Both the position numbers and the translations under genes were made by a program. DNA of 64,000 nucleotides from Phaeosaccion multiseriatum (lineage: Eukaryota; Protista; Ochrophyta, other classes), in NCBI GenBank assembly GCA_965112735.1, contig OZ218960.1, forward strand, positions 682,001 to 746,000. Reading direction: 5' to 3'. This document shows, piece by piece, positions 46,628-59,069 of this stretch (position 1 is the stretch's first letter; each line of letters begins with the position of its first letter). The notes under the pieces are model-generated. The model saw only the letters and a program-made list of their open reading frames with translations. It made no database searches and was not told the origin of the DNA.

Positions 46628-48826
46628 ATGCCGTCCGTCGCCAGCAACCTCGCGCTCGTTGCAGCCCTCCTTGGGACCAGCTTCCTACCCAAGGCGTATG
46701 CATCCGCCTGTTCAGGAACTCTCTTAACTCACGAACAAGACGTGCAACAGTCGGTGCCAATTCAGGGTTGCCCAAGAGGTGCGTACTCGCGTTTGGGAGG
46801 CAGAAGCCCCCGCTGAGCTACACGTAGGCACTAGCCAGGCACTGGCGTCCTTGCTCCCTCTCACCCTCTTGCTTCCGTGCTCTCCCTCTCATCTCCGCTT
46901 CTCGTCTCTTCCTCCGGTGCCACAACATGCCCCACAGGCGGAATAATCAAGGATGTGAAGGTGAACCTAGACATCACACATAGCTGGGTCGGAGACATGC
47001 GGATTGGTATCGGGAGTATGGACGACGAGGTGCACGTCATGCTGATGCAAAACAGAGGAGGGTATAATGATGGATTCCTAGGAACCTTCGACGACGACGC
47101 AACTGTCCCCATCAGCGACGCGACAGGACCTGTACTTACTGGAGACTTTACGCCTGAACAACCCCTTTCTGCCTTCGACGGCATCTCGATTGGGTCGGAG
47201 GAAAACTGGACCGTCGATTTGAACCTAGTCGACACAGACAGCTCCGACAATGGTTGCCTCAATGCAGTTTCCATTGACGTCATCTGCGAGGTAAGGAGCT
47301 GAATCCCAACCCTTTCTTGTCACTTGAGCTGGAGCCCTTCGTTTTTCAAAGGTCCGTACTCACACTCCTTGGCTCTGCTCCCTTCTTGCGGCCCTCCGCC
47401 CTCCGCCCTCCGCCCTTTCCTGTGTGGCTTCTCCTTCTCCGCCCGGTCCGTCCGTCCGTGCTTCAAGGCGTCGGTGAGTGGTGGTTGGCTCAACGAATAT
47501 GAGACGTGAGGCGGGCCCAGCGCCTGACTGCTTGCTTGCTGCCCCACCCCCCCCCTTGCCTGGTACCCGTGACTCCTTCTTTGCTGCCATGATGTGCCAT
47601 GCTAAAACTCCTTCCTTCCTTCCTCCCCCCCTCTCCCTCTTACTACTGTGACGACTCCGCAGCACATCGACGAGACTACCTGCCCCAACAAATGCCCCAC
47701 CGGACTGAGCATCGCCGACAGCAACGGCCAGTGCGCCACATCCAACCCCACCGATTCCTGCTCGGACCACAACGAGTGTGAAATTCTCGGCGTCGACTGC
47801 GACGTCGAATTGGCCATTCCCTCGTGCAAATTGGACCCACAGACCGGGGACCCGATACCCGCCCCGGACAAGACTCTCCACGGAACATGCGTCAACACCC
47901 ACGCATTCAACCCCAGTATAGAAGGTGTCGGCGTCGGAACCGCATACCTGTGCCGCTACGATTCGGCGGATGTTCACGTCACGGCTTGCGAAATCGATGC
48001 CGAGAATGCCGTGGAGGCTGGTAGCCGACGCCTTCGAGTGGGCGCGGACGGCGAGACGAAGGAGGAGGAGGGGAAGGTCGTCAGCTCCGTGCCCGTCATG
48101 GAGGCCATCGAGAAGTACGGCAAGCACAGCAGCACGGCCTGCGCGGCGCTGGGCTACTCGAGCGTCTTCGACCACGCCACCAACGCCGTGCACTGCGTCA
48201 CCGACGACCACGCCTCGCGCAAGGCCGCCAGGAAACTGGACAGCTACGAGGACTCCGCCACCGACAGCTCAGGCGATGGCTGCATTGACACATGCCCCAA
48301 GGGAAGCTTCCCCATGGCGTGCGTCTGCCCGTGGCAGCTCTCCAGCATCGCTCCGGACGACATCTGCAAGGACCGGGCCGATCAGGCCATGGCGGCCTAT
48401 CAACACGCGCAGAACTGTCCTGGGGGTCTTGACGCGTCGAGCCAGTACACTACTCCTGACAACAGCGCAGCCTTGGCCGACGAAACCAGTGTGAACTGCG
48501 CGGTGTACGGGAGCGCCAACTACTGCAACGAGGACCCCAATTACTACGCCACTACCTGCAACTGGTCGTGCGCTGCTGCCCCATTCGAGACGACGTGCCC
48601 CCCCGATCACCAGGATGTCAACCCCCTCCCGGAGGTGAGTGGTTCAATTTTGCTGTCTGGCTCGAAACTAAGTGCTTTGCGTGGTCATGGCAACACGCCT
48701 AAAATCGCCCTCTTCCCCCAACACCCCCCCCCCCCCTTCTCACAGGGCGATGTTGTTGGCCCCAGTGGGGCCCCGTGCGAGCTCGTCCACGTCACTGGGC
48801 TCATCGGAGACGTCCTCGATTCCTAG
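46628..48826 (+). CDS. Secreted protein: signal peptide + proprotein-convertase P-domain + Cys-rich region with ShK-like motif; exons 46628-46778, 46938-47290, 47663-48634, 48746-48826
   Basis: Hydrophobic leader; P-domain IKDVKVNLDITHSWVGDM..LSAFDG..WTV...D....DNG.L; NC.......YC........TC..SC; phase-compatible introns. Confidence 0.75.
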
Positions 48827-50679
48827 GCGGCTGTTCGATGGCACGGGGCGCAGATGCGTGGGCTGCGGCTAGGAGGGGAGAGGGGGGTTGTTGGGGGCGG
48901 GGGGGTCGCCCATATAAGACGAAGGAGAGGAGAGGATATTTCGGTCTTTTACATGTTGTCTGCTTTTCTGCTTTTCTAATTCATGCGTTGTCTGCTTTGT
49001 TAAAATTTTAGTGAGTATTTGCTTTGCACCAAGAGGGTCATGTAACCTTCATTACTTAATCAAAATATATTGTTGGAGTGTTGTTCTTTTAATTAATTGG
49101 TTCTCGAGGGTGAAGGCGCGCGCCACGATCAAAGCTCCAACAAAAGGCTTGGGGGGTGAGGCAAGGTAGGAGGGAAAGGGGTGGGTAGACTGTGGTGTTC
49201 CCCCCCCTTCGGTCGCCCCGCCCTCCGACCGAGACTCTGCGCCACGCACAGCGGCGGCCACAAGGCACCCGAAGAGTTGTTGTTGTTGTTGTTGTTGTTG
49301 TTCTTCTTCTTCTTCTTCTTCTTCTCCCTGGGGCCAGCCACTGCGCGGCGTCATCACAGCCCCACTTCCGCACAGCCGCAGCAGCAGCGCGATGGGGTGG
49401 CTTCCTGCCTCCTCCTTCCTCCCTTCATGCATGTGCATGCCTGCACGCATCACCAGCTGCTACCGCTGCTTCCTCTGCCTCTGCCTCTGCCTCTGCCAGC
49501 CATTACTGAGCAAACGCCACCAGCGCCGCGAGCAGCCTCTTGTCAAGAGAGGGCGAGCGCAGCACTGGCGATGAGCGCCACACCAACACGTCAACAGAGC
49601 ACAGGGGGGGCGCACGCAAGCACGGCGGAGGGACCCACCCGCTCACATGCGCAACACTCCAACCCACACCCACATACACACCACACACCCACACTCCAAC
49701 GCACACCTGCGACAACGCTCGAGTCCTTGAGCAAGGTGCTCTGCTGTGCGGCCACCACCCCCACCACGGCAGCCACACGGCCCAGCAGGAGGCCGAGGCG
49801 TCGCAGCAGGGACGCCAGGACGGTCCAGTAGGGTAAGTACGCCTCCTCCGGGAGCCGCGCCCGTGAATGGCAGTAGATGGGGGGAGGGCGCCGCTGAGGA
49901 GGAGGGAGGAGGAGGAGGAGGAGGAGGAGGAGGAGGAGGAGGAGGAGGAGGAGGAGCAGGAGGAGGAGGAGGAGGAGGAGGAGGAGGAGGAGGAGGAGGA
50001 GGAGGATGAATAAGAGGGAGATGAATGAGCGGTATTGCAAAACAGTCAGCGCTGGGGCAATGCCTCCCGCGCTCCCTCCATCCATCCTTCCTTTGCCACG
50101 CCCGATTCGAAGGCGCCATGTTCGCACTTCAACAGCAACAACGAGATCCCTATGCCTATTACCGTGCAAATACGTGTAGATCAATAACCCCTGCCACCCC
50201 ACCACACCCCCACTTGAGAGTACCAAGTCTTGCTACGTCGCAGCAGTGCCTCTCTGACCTCTGTACCTGCAGCATGGTCGAAAAAGAATCCCCGAGAGGT
50301 GCAGGAAAGGTCAAGTTCAACATCGAATTCAACTCACTCGCCACCTGCTTCTCCTTTGCGACACCTCTCCCTCCATGTCCGACGCCGCGCCATGTGAGTG
50401 ACTATGTCAGAGAAGGTGGGCAACAGCACAGCCGCAATGAAGGCGGGAAAGACGCCTCCGAGGAGGGACGTTAGGCTCGGAGGGGTCCGTCGCAGCCTGA
50501 GGGTGGGCGGGTATCAGAGGCGGTGAGGAATGGGAGGGCGAGGATGAGAGAGTGCAGGAGAAGAGGAGGAGGGGAGAGAAGAAGGGGGAGGAGGGGGGAG
50601 GAGGAAGGACAAAGCCTCAGCACTCGACAAGGGATAAAGACAAAAGTGCGAATGCGAGAGCTGCCTCATCGAGGTGCAG

Positions 50680-52567
50680 CACACATGTCTGCTCACGGAC
50701 CCCTGCTGTACCTGACGTGAGAAGAGGAGGTGAGGAAGGGGGGGGGGGGAGGGACGGAGGACGGGAGGGGAGGGGAGAGGCCGGGGGGGAGGAGGCGGGG
50801 AGGAGGGAAGGGAGGGGACGGGAGGGGGGAGGAGGGGAGGCGGGGAGGAGGGAAGGGAGGGGACGGGAGGGGGGAGGAGGGGAGGGGGGGGGAGGGGAAA
50901 GCAGGGGAGGGGAGGGGAAAGCAGGGGAGGGGAAAGGAGGGGAAGGGAAAGGAGGGGAGGGGAGAGAAGGGGAGGGGAGAGAAGGGGAGGGGAGAGAAGG
51001 GGAGGGGAGGGGAGGGGAGGGGAGGGGAGGGGAGAGAAGGGGAGGGGGAGTGGAGGGCAGAGGCGAGGAGGAGAAGATGAGAGGGGGGGAGGGGGGGGGA
51101 CGAGGAGGCAAGAGAAGGGGGAAGGCGATGAGAAGTTCAGGGGAGGAAGAGGGGAGGATACCCTACAGGTTGTCTACTGCACGGGACACCTTCTAATTCC
51201 TTGTGCACTGCACTGCACAGTACCTGAATAAGCTTGCATTTGATGAGCTCAACGGGGATGGTGACTCCAGACTGCGCCAGCCCGGCCAGAGAGCCTGACC
51301 AGTACTCTTGCCAGAAGGTGGTCTCTGCTCCGCCATTCTGCCTCTCGAAGGCCTGGCAAAGTAGGGGGGGAGGGGCGTAGGAGGAGTCGGGAGGGGGGGG
51401 TTAGGTGTGGGTGGTTTGGAGTTGGTTGTTTGCAGGGGTGGAGTGTGGTGGATAGTGGGAGCAGAAACATGCAGAGAAAGCAGTAAGTGGTATATAGCAG
51501 TACTAAGTAGTAAGGAGGAAGTAGTAGTAGGAAGCAGTAAGGAGGAAGTAGTAGCAGTAGTAGTAGTAGCAGCAGCAGCAGCAGGAGGAGGAGGAGGAGG
51601 AGGAGGAGGAGGAGGAGGAGGAGGAGGAGGAGGAGGAGGAGGAGGAGGAGGAGGAGGAGGAGGAGGAGGAGGAGGAGGAGGAGGAGGAGGAGGAGGAGGA
51701 GGAGGAGGAGGAGGATGAGGATGAGGATCGAGAAGTGCTGACAAGTACGGCAGCGCCACCTTGCCACCACCCCAATGCTTGGTACAAGCGCGTGCGGACG
51801 TTTCGTACGCGTGCACTCTATGCACTGGCTCTTCTCACCTGTTTGCTCGTAAGAGGAGAAGACGACGGCATTGATGATGGAAGCGGACAGTAAGGGCGGC
51901 CCCAGGTCCTTGAACAGAGCCGTCACTCCCTCCATGCGCACCGTGTCCACCACGCACTTGCGGGCGGTGAGCAGCTCGCTGCTGTGCGCCGTCTGGAGGC
52001 GCACCTTGACAGTGTCGATGGGCTGCCCCACGATGATGCCTGTCACCCCATCATGACGCTAGTGCCGCCCCCAGGCCCGTCCCCATTGGCGCCACTGCTG
52101 CTACTGCTGCTGCTGCTGCCGCTACTACTATCCACTATTGCCACTGCTACTACTGCTGGTGGCAATCGTTGTGCCTCGAGTCCGAATCCGACTGTGACCA
52201 GGACACCTGCTGCTGCTGCGGCTGCTGCTGCTGCTCTCTTTTCTCCAGTAGTGGCCTTGTGCACTGGAGTATTTGGCACAGTTCATGCAGCGGCTGTGGC
52301 TCAGGCCTCCCAGAGCTGCACAGCAAGGGGCTCCACAGAAGTTAGGCGCAGTCCACCGCGTGTTCGTTGAGGTTCCGTTCATCTCCGCTGCTCGAGCAAC
52401 CCACGGGCTGCAGACACAAAAGCAGCGCACAGGCAAGAGTTCACTCACCAATGTCCTTTGGAGGTCGTGGGCGTCTCAGGTTAATGGCGTAATCTCCATG
52501 GTATATCGATTATTCTATAACCCTTTTGCCCTGCGGTGAACGCCTTCCCTCTATACTGAAAGTCGAT
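50680..52567 (-). pseudogene. Partial duplicate of the mitochondrial carrier gene 5' half (paralog of ~41240-43110) with frameshifts and truncation
   Basis: Near-identical exons 1-2 and introns; deletion after ATGATG breaks the frame; exon 3 diverges after VQQGSVSR. Confidence 0.85.
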
Positions 52568-52818
52568 GCTGACAGGCTCGACTTTGACGATTCACTTGAC
52601 GGAAGAAGGAAGAAGGAAGGGAAGGAAAAAAGAAGGAAGGGGGCTTGGGGTAGAAGAGACGACCAAGGAGGAGGCGGGGAGGCTAATGGGCGGGGCTTTT
52701 CACATTCCCTCTTCCTTTTTACCCTACCTCACTTTTCGATTCCTTGAAGGATCGACAAGTCCACACGCGTGCGTAGCCCCAGCACCCAGCACCCAGCACC
52801 GAGAGGCCCAGCGGAGCC

Positions 52819-55800
52819 ATGGTGGTGGATGCAGCGAGCAAGGCAGCGAGCAAGGCGAGGGCGGCCGAGTACGCCAAGGCCCTCGCCGCCAAGAAGGCTG
52901 CTGGTACCTCTCAGTCAGCCAAGCCCGCTGTAAAGGCCAGGCCAGCAGCACCAGCAGCAGCGTCAAGCATCGGGACCGCCAAGACTCCCGCAAAGACCAA
53001 GGCCTCTTTCACGGGTGTGGCCATGTCAGCACTGGAGCGGGCCAGGCAGGAGCAGCGCTTGGAGGTGGCGGGGAGGGAGGGCGCCCGAGCAGCGAAATTG
53101 GCCACTACCGAGACTCGCAACAGCGAGGACACCCAGGAGGAGGATGAAAAGAAACAGAGGTGGGTGGGTGCTAGTCGAGTGGGGAAAGGGGGGAGTAACG
53201 GAGTAGGCGCCGAGTGATTTCAAGGCCTGCAGCTCAGTCCAGTCCATTCTGCTGGTAATGAATACTTTTCCGCACATTTGAGTATTTCCCTCCGCGACAC
53301 TAACCACCCCACTTGCGCCCCTCTCTCCCCTCGTGCACGTCCGCCCGTCAGCAGTAGCAAGAAGGGCAAGAAGAGGGTCCGGCCCGAGGACGACGAGAAG
53401 GAGGAAGATACGCAGCTCAAGAAGAAGAGCTCCTCCTCCAAGCGCAAGGCAACTGTTGGGGTTGGTGCTACAGCTGCACAGGCCAAGCGCCCTCCTCCTC
53501 CTCCTCAGCAGCAGCAGCAGCAGCAGCAGCAGTTGGCGGTACAGCCAAAGAGCACTCTGATGTACGAGAGCGACGAGGAGCAATCCGTCGTGGACATTTC
53601 CAGCGACGGGGAAGATGACGATGTCAGCATGGATGGCTCGAGGAACGGGGAAGGGTCGTCATCAGGGTCGAGGAACGGGGAAGGGTCTTCAACGGAGGAC
53701 GAGTCAGATGCAACAGCGGACACCTCGGCGGCTGACGGAGGTGAGTGAATGAGCATATCAGCGCTTTGTCTGTTGACCTTAGTGTTTTGTAACTTGCGGG
53801 ACGGTACCTTACACCGCTTTTGGTGGGCCACTCTGCACATCGTTGGTCCGACCCTTCGAGGGAAACTCGTGGCCCGCCCCGCTGGAGAAAAGAGGAAGGG
53901 AGGGCGGAGGGAAGGAATGAAGAAAGCGATTTGTTTGTTTTGATCGTCGAAGGAGGCAGGAGGTGGAGGTGGAATCGTTGCAGGATCATTGCACATCGTC
54001 ATTCTTCGCGCCATACCCTCCCCTCCCCCCTTGACATGTGCCTCCAGGCGTGCAGCGCGCCCCTGCGGCCCGCTCCGGGGGCCCTGACCGCCGCATCGTG
54101 TCTGTCCGGCCCTACGTAAACGGCACCAAGGCAAGGTCGCACGGCTACTGCGCGGTAAGAAAGGAAGGAAGGAAGGAAGGAAGGAAGGAAGGAAGGAAGC
54201 CCTCTCGGTCAGGCGGCCGGCCCTCTCAGTCAGGCAGCTGGTAATTCAGTCATCGGTAACCTGTTGAAGCGTGCCGGTCCGGTTGTGTTGTCCCCGTTCG
54301 GCCGTAGGGGTGTGTGTCCCGCTCACCCCTCCTCCCCCCCCCCTCTCTCTCTCCCTTAACGAGCAGGTGCAGGCGGGCAACTCTCAGATCGACTTGATGG
54401 CAGGCAGCAAGGCAGACCCTACGCAGGTGTGTGGTGGTGATGGATCCATCGGTGCTCTTCCTTCCTGCGTCCTTCCCGAGCCGAGGCAGGCAAAGGCGGG
54501 CAAAGGCAGGGGCAGAGACAGCAGTAGAGCCAGCGATAGAGACAGCCTGAGGGACGATACCTCAACTGGGCAGAGAGGGATGATATTATGTCAAGCACTC
54601 TTCTCTCCTTCTCGCAGGCCTACCTGCCTGTATGTCTCTCCCGTCTGCCCATATACCTCTGCCCGCCGTGTGCCCATATACCCGCCTTCCCCCGTCCGTC
54701 TCTTGCCTGTGCCCGTGCTTGGGCCCCACTCCTCCCTCCGTCCCTCCCTTCCTCCAGGCCGACCCTGACCTCAGGGCCAAAGCCGCGCAGAGAGAGGGCA
54801 ACCCCTTCTCTGGGAAGAGAGCGCAGCCCAGCTCGATGGCAGCAGACGACTCGGTGAGTGGCGCTCGTGAGCGGACAGTAGGGAGTGAGCAGTGTAGCAG
54901 TTGGTGATACAGCACTTACTTACGTGCATGCTGTGCGGCAGTCGAGGGGATGTCATGGCCGCGGTTAGCCTTTGGCTAGTCTGTGGTTGTTGCCTGTGGT
55001 TGGACCACCCGCCTCCGCCTCTCGCCCCCCCCCCCCCCCACCTCCCTCCACTCACTCACTCTCTCTTTCTGTTTCGCATACTCGTACCAGGACTTGTTAC
55101 TGGACGAAGCGGAGCCTGCGGCAAGCGGTGGCGGGTGTGGGCGCGTGTTTAGGATGTGTGTGGTGTTGCTGACGCTGGTGGTCGCTGCGGGGGCGGCTGT
55201 GTTCGGCCTCGCCCCCTCCTACGAACCCGCTCGGGAGATTAAGCACTCTGTCAAGGTGAGGGAGTGAGCAAAGAGAGGGGGACCCGTCGGCAAGCAGCGG
55301 CTCGCTGCTCTGCTGCTGCTGAGGACCGTCCCCACCTCTGTAGCCTGCGTGTCCTAACCTGAGGCTGCGCTGCGCTGTGCTGAGCCGAACTCCGCCTCTT
55401 CCCTCCTTCTCCCCCCTCGTCAGGACTGGGGCTCTTCGGTCTGGAGCTTCCTGGATCAGGCCTGGGACGAGGTGAAAGAGGTTGCTGACTCCACTACCAC
55501 ATTCGGAGTCGCCATGCTGCAGCAGGGGCCGCGGGAGGGGCAGGAGGAGCAGCAGCAGGAGAAGGAGGAGGAGGTGGCGGTTCCCACCGTGAAGACGCAA
55601 GCCGAGCCTGTGATTGAGCAGCCGAAGCAGCAGCAGGAGGAGCAGGGGGAGGGGGAGGTGGGGGAGGTGCGAAGCGCGAAGGAGGAATTGGAGCCCGTGG
55701 GTGAGGCCGCCACTGCCTCTGGCTCGACAACGGAAGAAGTTGAGGTGGCAGGTGATGGATCCATCCCGCCTGAGCAACAGGAGGAGCAGCGACAGAGGCA

Positions 55801-58046
55801 GCAAAGGGAGGAGCAGCACCAGCAGCGGCAGCAGAAGATCATGGAAGAGAAGCTGCAGCAGCAGAGACAAGTTCCTGCGTTCAAGTGCCCCAACGGGGGT
55901 GTTTGTGAGGGTAATGTCCTGACGAGTTGTGTGGAGGGGTTGGAACTGTCAGCAGATAGCAAGGCGTGTGTGCTGCCATATGTGCCTCTGGCGGAGAGCG
56001 TCGAGAGGTGAGTCAGTGGAGCGACCCATGTGGGCGAGGATGGGGAGCGTGACGCAGGGAAGAAGCAGGTGGGGTAGGGAAGGAAGAATGGGGGGTGGGA
56101 GAATGGCTTGAAGATAAGATGAGAGAGTAAAGACGTAGGACTCGTAGACATGGAGAGGGAGCTGAGCACATGTAGGGAGACCGCGTTGCTGCTCGGTGCA
56201 AAGGGGAGTAGGGGCAGCAGCAGCAGCAGCAGCAGCAGCAACAACCCAAAGGATATAAAGAAGAGAGAAGAGGAGGAGCAGCCGCGGGCCAAAGGGGCCA
56301 GAGGAGAGACTGTGCTTGTAAGGGGAGTCTCGCGCACCCACCCACATTCAGACACTGCCACTGATGGCGTGTAGGTAGGTCGATCGTTCAGACGCTACCG
56401 CTGAGGACGGGTATGGCAGGTAGGCAGATGGGAGTAGGAAGAGTCCTAAGGCAATGTTCGTGAAGCGACGCTGACCCCAGGGAAGGAAAGGGGGCAAGTT
56501 TGAATGCAAAGAAGAGAATCACGAGACAGACTGGGACCGGAAACGGGCACCTTGGCAGCTTGCGCTTGGTGGTGAGTGGGCGTGCTCACGGCATCAGCAC
56601 CAGAACCCACACCCCCATGCCGCTCCAGACCCCCCCTTCTTTCTATTGACTGCCGCCACCGTGTGGTGCGTGACTTGACTCACTTCCGATCGATCGGACC
56701 GAGGCACACACTGCGCTGGTGGACCTCTTATCCCATTCGTCCCCAGGGGCGGTCCGGGCGGGGGCGGCCGCAGAGGAACAAAGAGGGGAGGAGGGAGGAG
56801 GAGGACAGGCAAAGCTCATTCAAAGCCACGCTAATCGATCCTCCTCTTCTGTCCGCTCCTCTCCTCTTCCCTCCCTTCCGCTGCTGCTGCTCCTGCTCCT
56901 CCTCCTCCTCCTCCTCCTCCGCCCCCTGCTGCGGCGCTGGACCACCACCAACCTTCTTTACAACAACAACAATCCAACACAAAAGGCTGCTGCGGCCTCT
57001 CCTCACGCCCCCCTCCAGTCTGCTGGAGAGCTTCAGACGGGGTGTGCAACGCCGCGTGCAAGCGCTCACCACTGCCGCCCTAGTGGCTCTGTCGCTCCTC
57101 CTCCTGCTGCTGCTGCTGCTGGCCCTGCTGGATTGGATCCGTCGCAGGCAGTGGCTGGCCCGCAAGGAGGAGTGTGTGTGCGTGAACGAAGCCTACCTTC
57201 GCCTTCTTGCTCACAGCGCGAGGGTGGAGGAGCAGCGCTTGCATAGCCCCACCATCAAGCCTCCGCCCATGCAGGTAAGCGGATCAGTTTTCAGTTCTAA
57301 GTTTTTATGACCTTGTCAAAATCCGCTTGTCGGTGTGCAAAAAAGTGAAACTGGGAACTGACCGGGGCCTTGTCCCCTGACACACGATTGCAAGCCCGCT
57401 GATCTCGTGCCCAACACATGTGATGCCCAACTGTGATTCCCAACATATGATGCTCAACATGTCATGCCCAACATGTCATGCCCAACATGTCATGCCCAAC
57501 GAATGGCACATGCATGCCCACTCAGGTGGCCCACTTGCAGGAGGAAGTGCTTCACCTGAGCCACGTCAAGCCCAAGCAGCGCGCCCGCCTCCTCAGCCGA
57601 GTGTGGCCCGTGGTGGAGGCCAAGTTCAGGGCAGACAGGTGCGTGTGTGTACGTCCGTAATTGCTCGCCCGTCCTCCTCCTCTCCTCCTCCTCCTCCTCC
57701 TCCTCCTCCTCCTCCTCCTCCTCCTCCTCCTCCTCCTCCTCCTCCTCCTCCTCCTCCTCCTCCTCCTCCTCCTCCTCCTCCTCCTCCTCCTCCTCCTCCT
57801 CCTCCTCCTTCTCCTCCTTCTCCTCCTCCTACTCCTCCTCCTCCTCCTCCTCCTCCTCCTCCTCTTTCCTCCTCCTCCTCCTTCTCCTCCTTCTCCTCCT
57901 CCTACTCCTCCTCCTCCTCCTCCTCCTCCTCCTCCTCCTCTTTCCTCCTCCTCCTCCTTACTCTCTCCTTCTCTCCCTCCCTCCCCCACCCCTCCTCTGT
58001 CTCTCCCTATGCACACGCACACGCACACACACACACACACACACAC

Positions 58047-58081
<35 letters not shown>

Positions 58082-58395
58082 GCAGTCGCATCCGCACCTC
58101 AGTCTCGACGGTGCGCGGCCAGGCCAACGTGCGCTGCTTAGAATGGATCGCAGCGTCTACGGAGGCCTCCAGCATCCGTGCCGTTACGCCCCCCCCGCCC
58201 CCGAGACTCCTTCTGCTGCGCATCGCCCCCGCTCTTATCAACAATGCTCAGCAGATCGCCCCCACCCTCGCATCACCTGGGCCTGCTGCAACAGCCGTAT
58301 CACCAACTGCGGTGTCACCAGCGGCCACCCCTGCTAGTCCGTCTCTTGCCCCTCCCGACCGCCCCTCCTTCCCCTCTTCTCCGACGGATGACTAA
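52819..58395 (+). CDS. Inner nuclear membrane Man1/Src1-like protein; exons 52819-53159, 53352-53740, 54048-54154, 54367-54426, 54758-54853, 55091-55255, 55424-56007, 57019-57274, 57526-57638, 58086-58395
   Basis: Basic disordered N-terminus, two TM helices flanking luminal CPNGGVCEG..C..G...C, C-terminal VWPVVEAKFRADSRIR...VRG......LEW resembling the MSC domain; all GT-AG and in phase. Confidence 0.65.
57408..57520. repeat. ~14-bp intronic minisatellite (CCCAACATGTCATG)n
   Basis: About seven degenerate copies. Confidence 0.8.
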
Positions 58396-58521
58396 TGCGG
58401 ATGGCAGTGGATGGCAGTGGATGGCCCGTGGGCTGGGTCGATGAAAGACGAAGCTCTGCAGGACTGACTTTACTTGACTGCAAGCCTCCATACGGGGGGG
58501 GACTTCAAGGGCTGGAGGTAG

Positions 58522-58806
58522 ATGGATGGTGGATGCGGAGAAGTGGTTGTATGCAAGGCTCTTCATAGCATGGACTGTGGCTGGGGTTGGAGTGTGTGCA
58601 ATGCTTCCGTGGGGAATGAGAGGTACGGATTGAGCATCCTGCCATGGGTGTGCGGACGGAGGATTCGCTGCGCAGGGAGAGGTGCCCATGGAATGAAGGG
58701 GTGTACGAAGCAGCTGGGAAGGGGGAGCTGGAGATACTGGAATGGCTGCTCTCAACAGACGAAGCGAAGGCACCAGCGAACTTCAATATCTCCAATGGCT
58801 CGATAA
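58522..58806 (+). pseudogene. Frameshifted fragment paralogous to the ankyrin-like gene at 28676
   Basis: LHSMDCGW..C..RYGLSILPW / RTE..RERCPWNE..AAGKGELEILEWLL matches LHGMGCPW..RHGLSVLQWLRSE..KERCPW..AAGAGHLAILEWLL across two frames. Confidence 0.7.
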
Positions 58807-59069
58807 TATATTTATGCTGGGGTATCTTCGTGCACAGCTTGGGTTTGGGTTTTTGTTTGTTTCATTTGGTTTGGTTTGGTTTGGCGTGGTGCTGGACGCG
58901 GGAACGTATTGCATACTCTGCATCTCACCCCATCATCGTTCGCCAACCCCCCCCCCCTCCCCCCACGACCCATCTTTCCTCCGCTCCTCTCTCTTGTCAA
59001 CTGCACTGCTGCAGGGCGCTACGATCATATCCCGACTTCGCTAAATCTCAGCGTGCCCAATACTGACCA

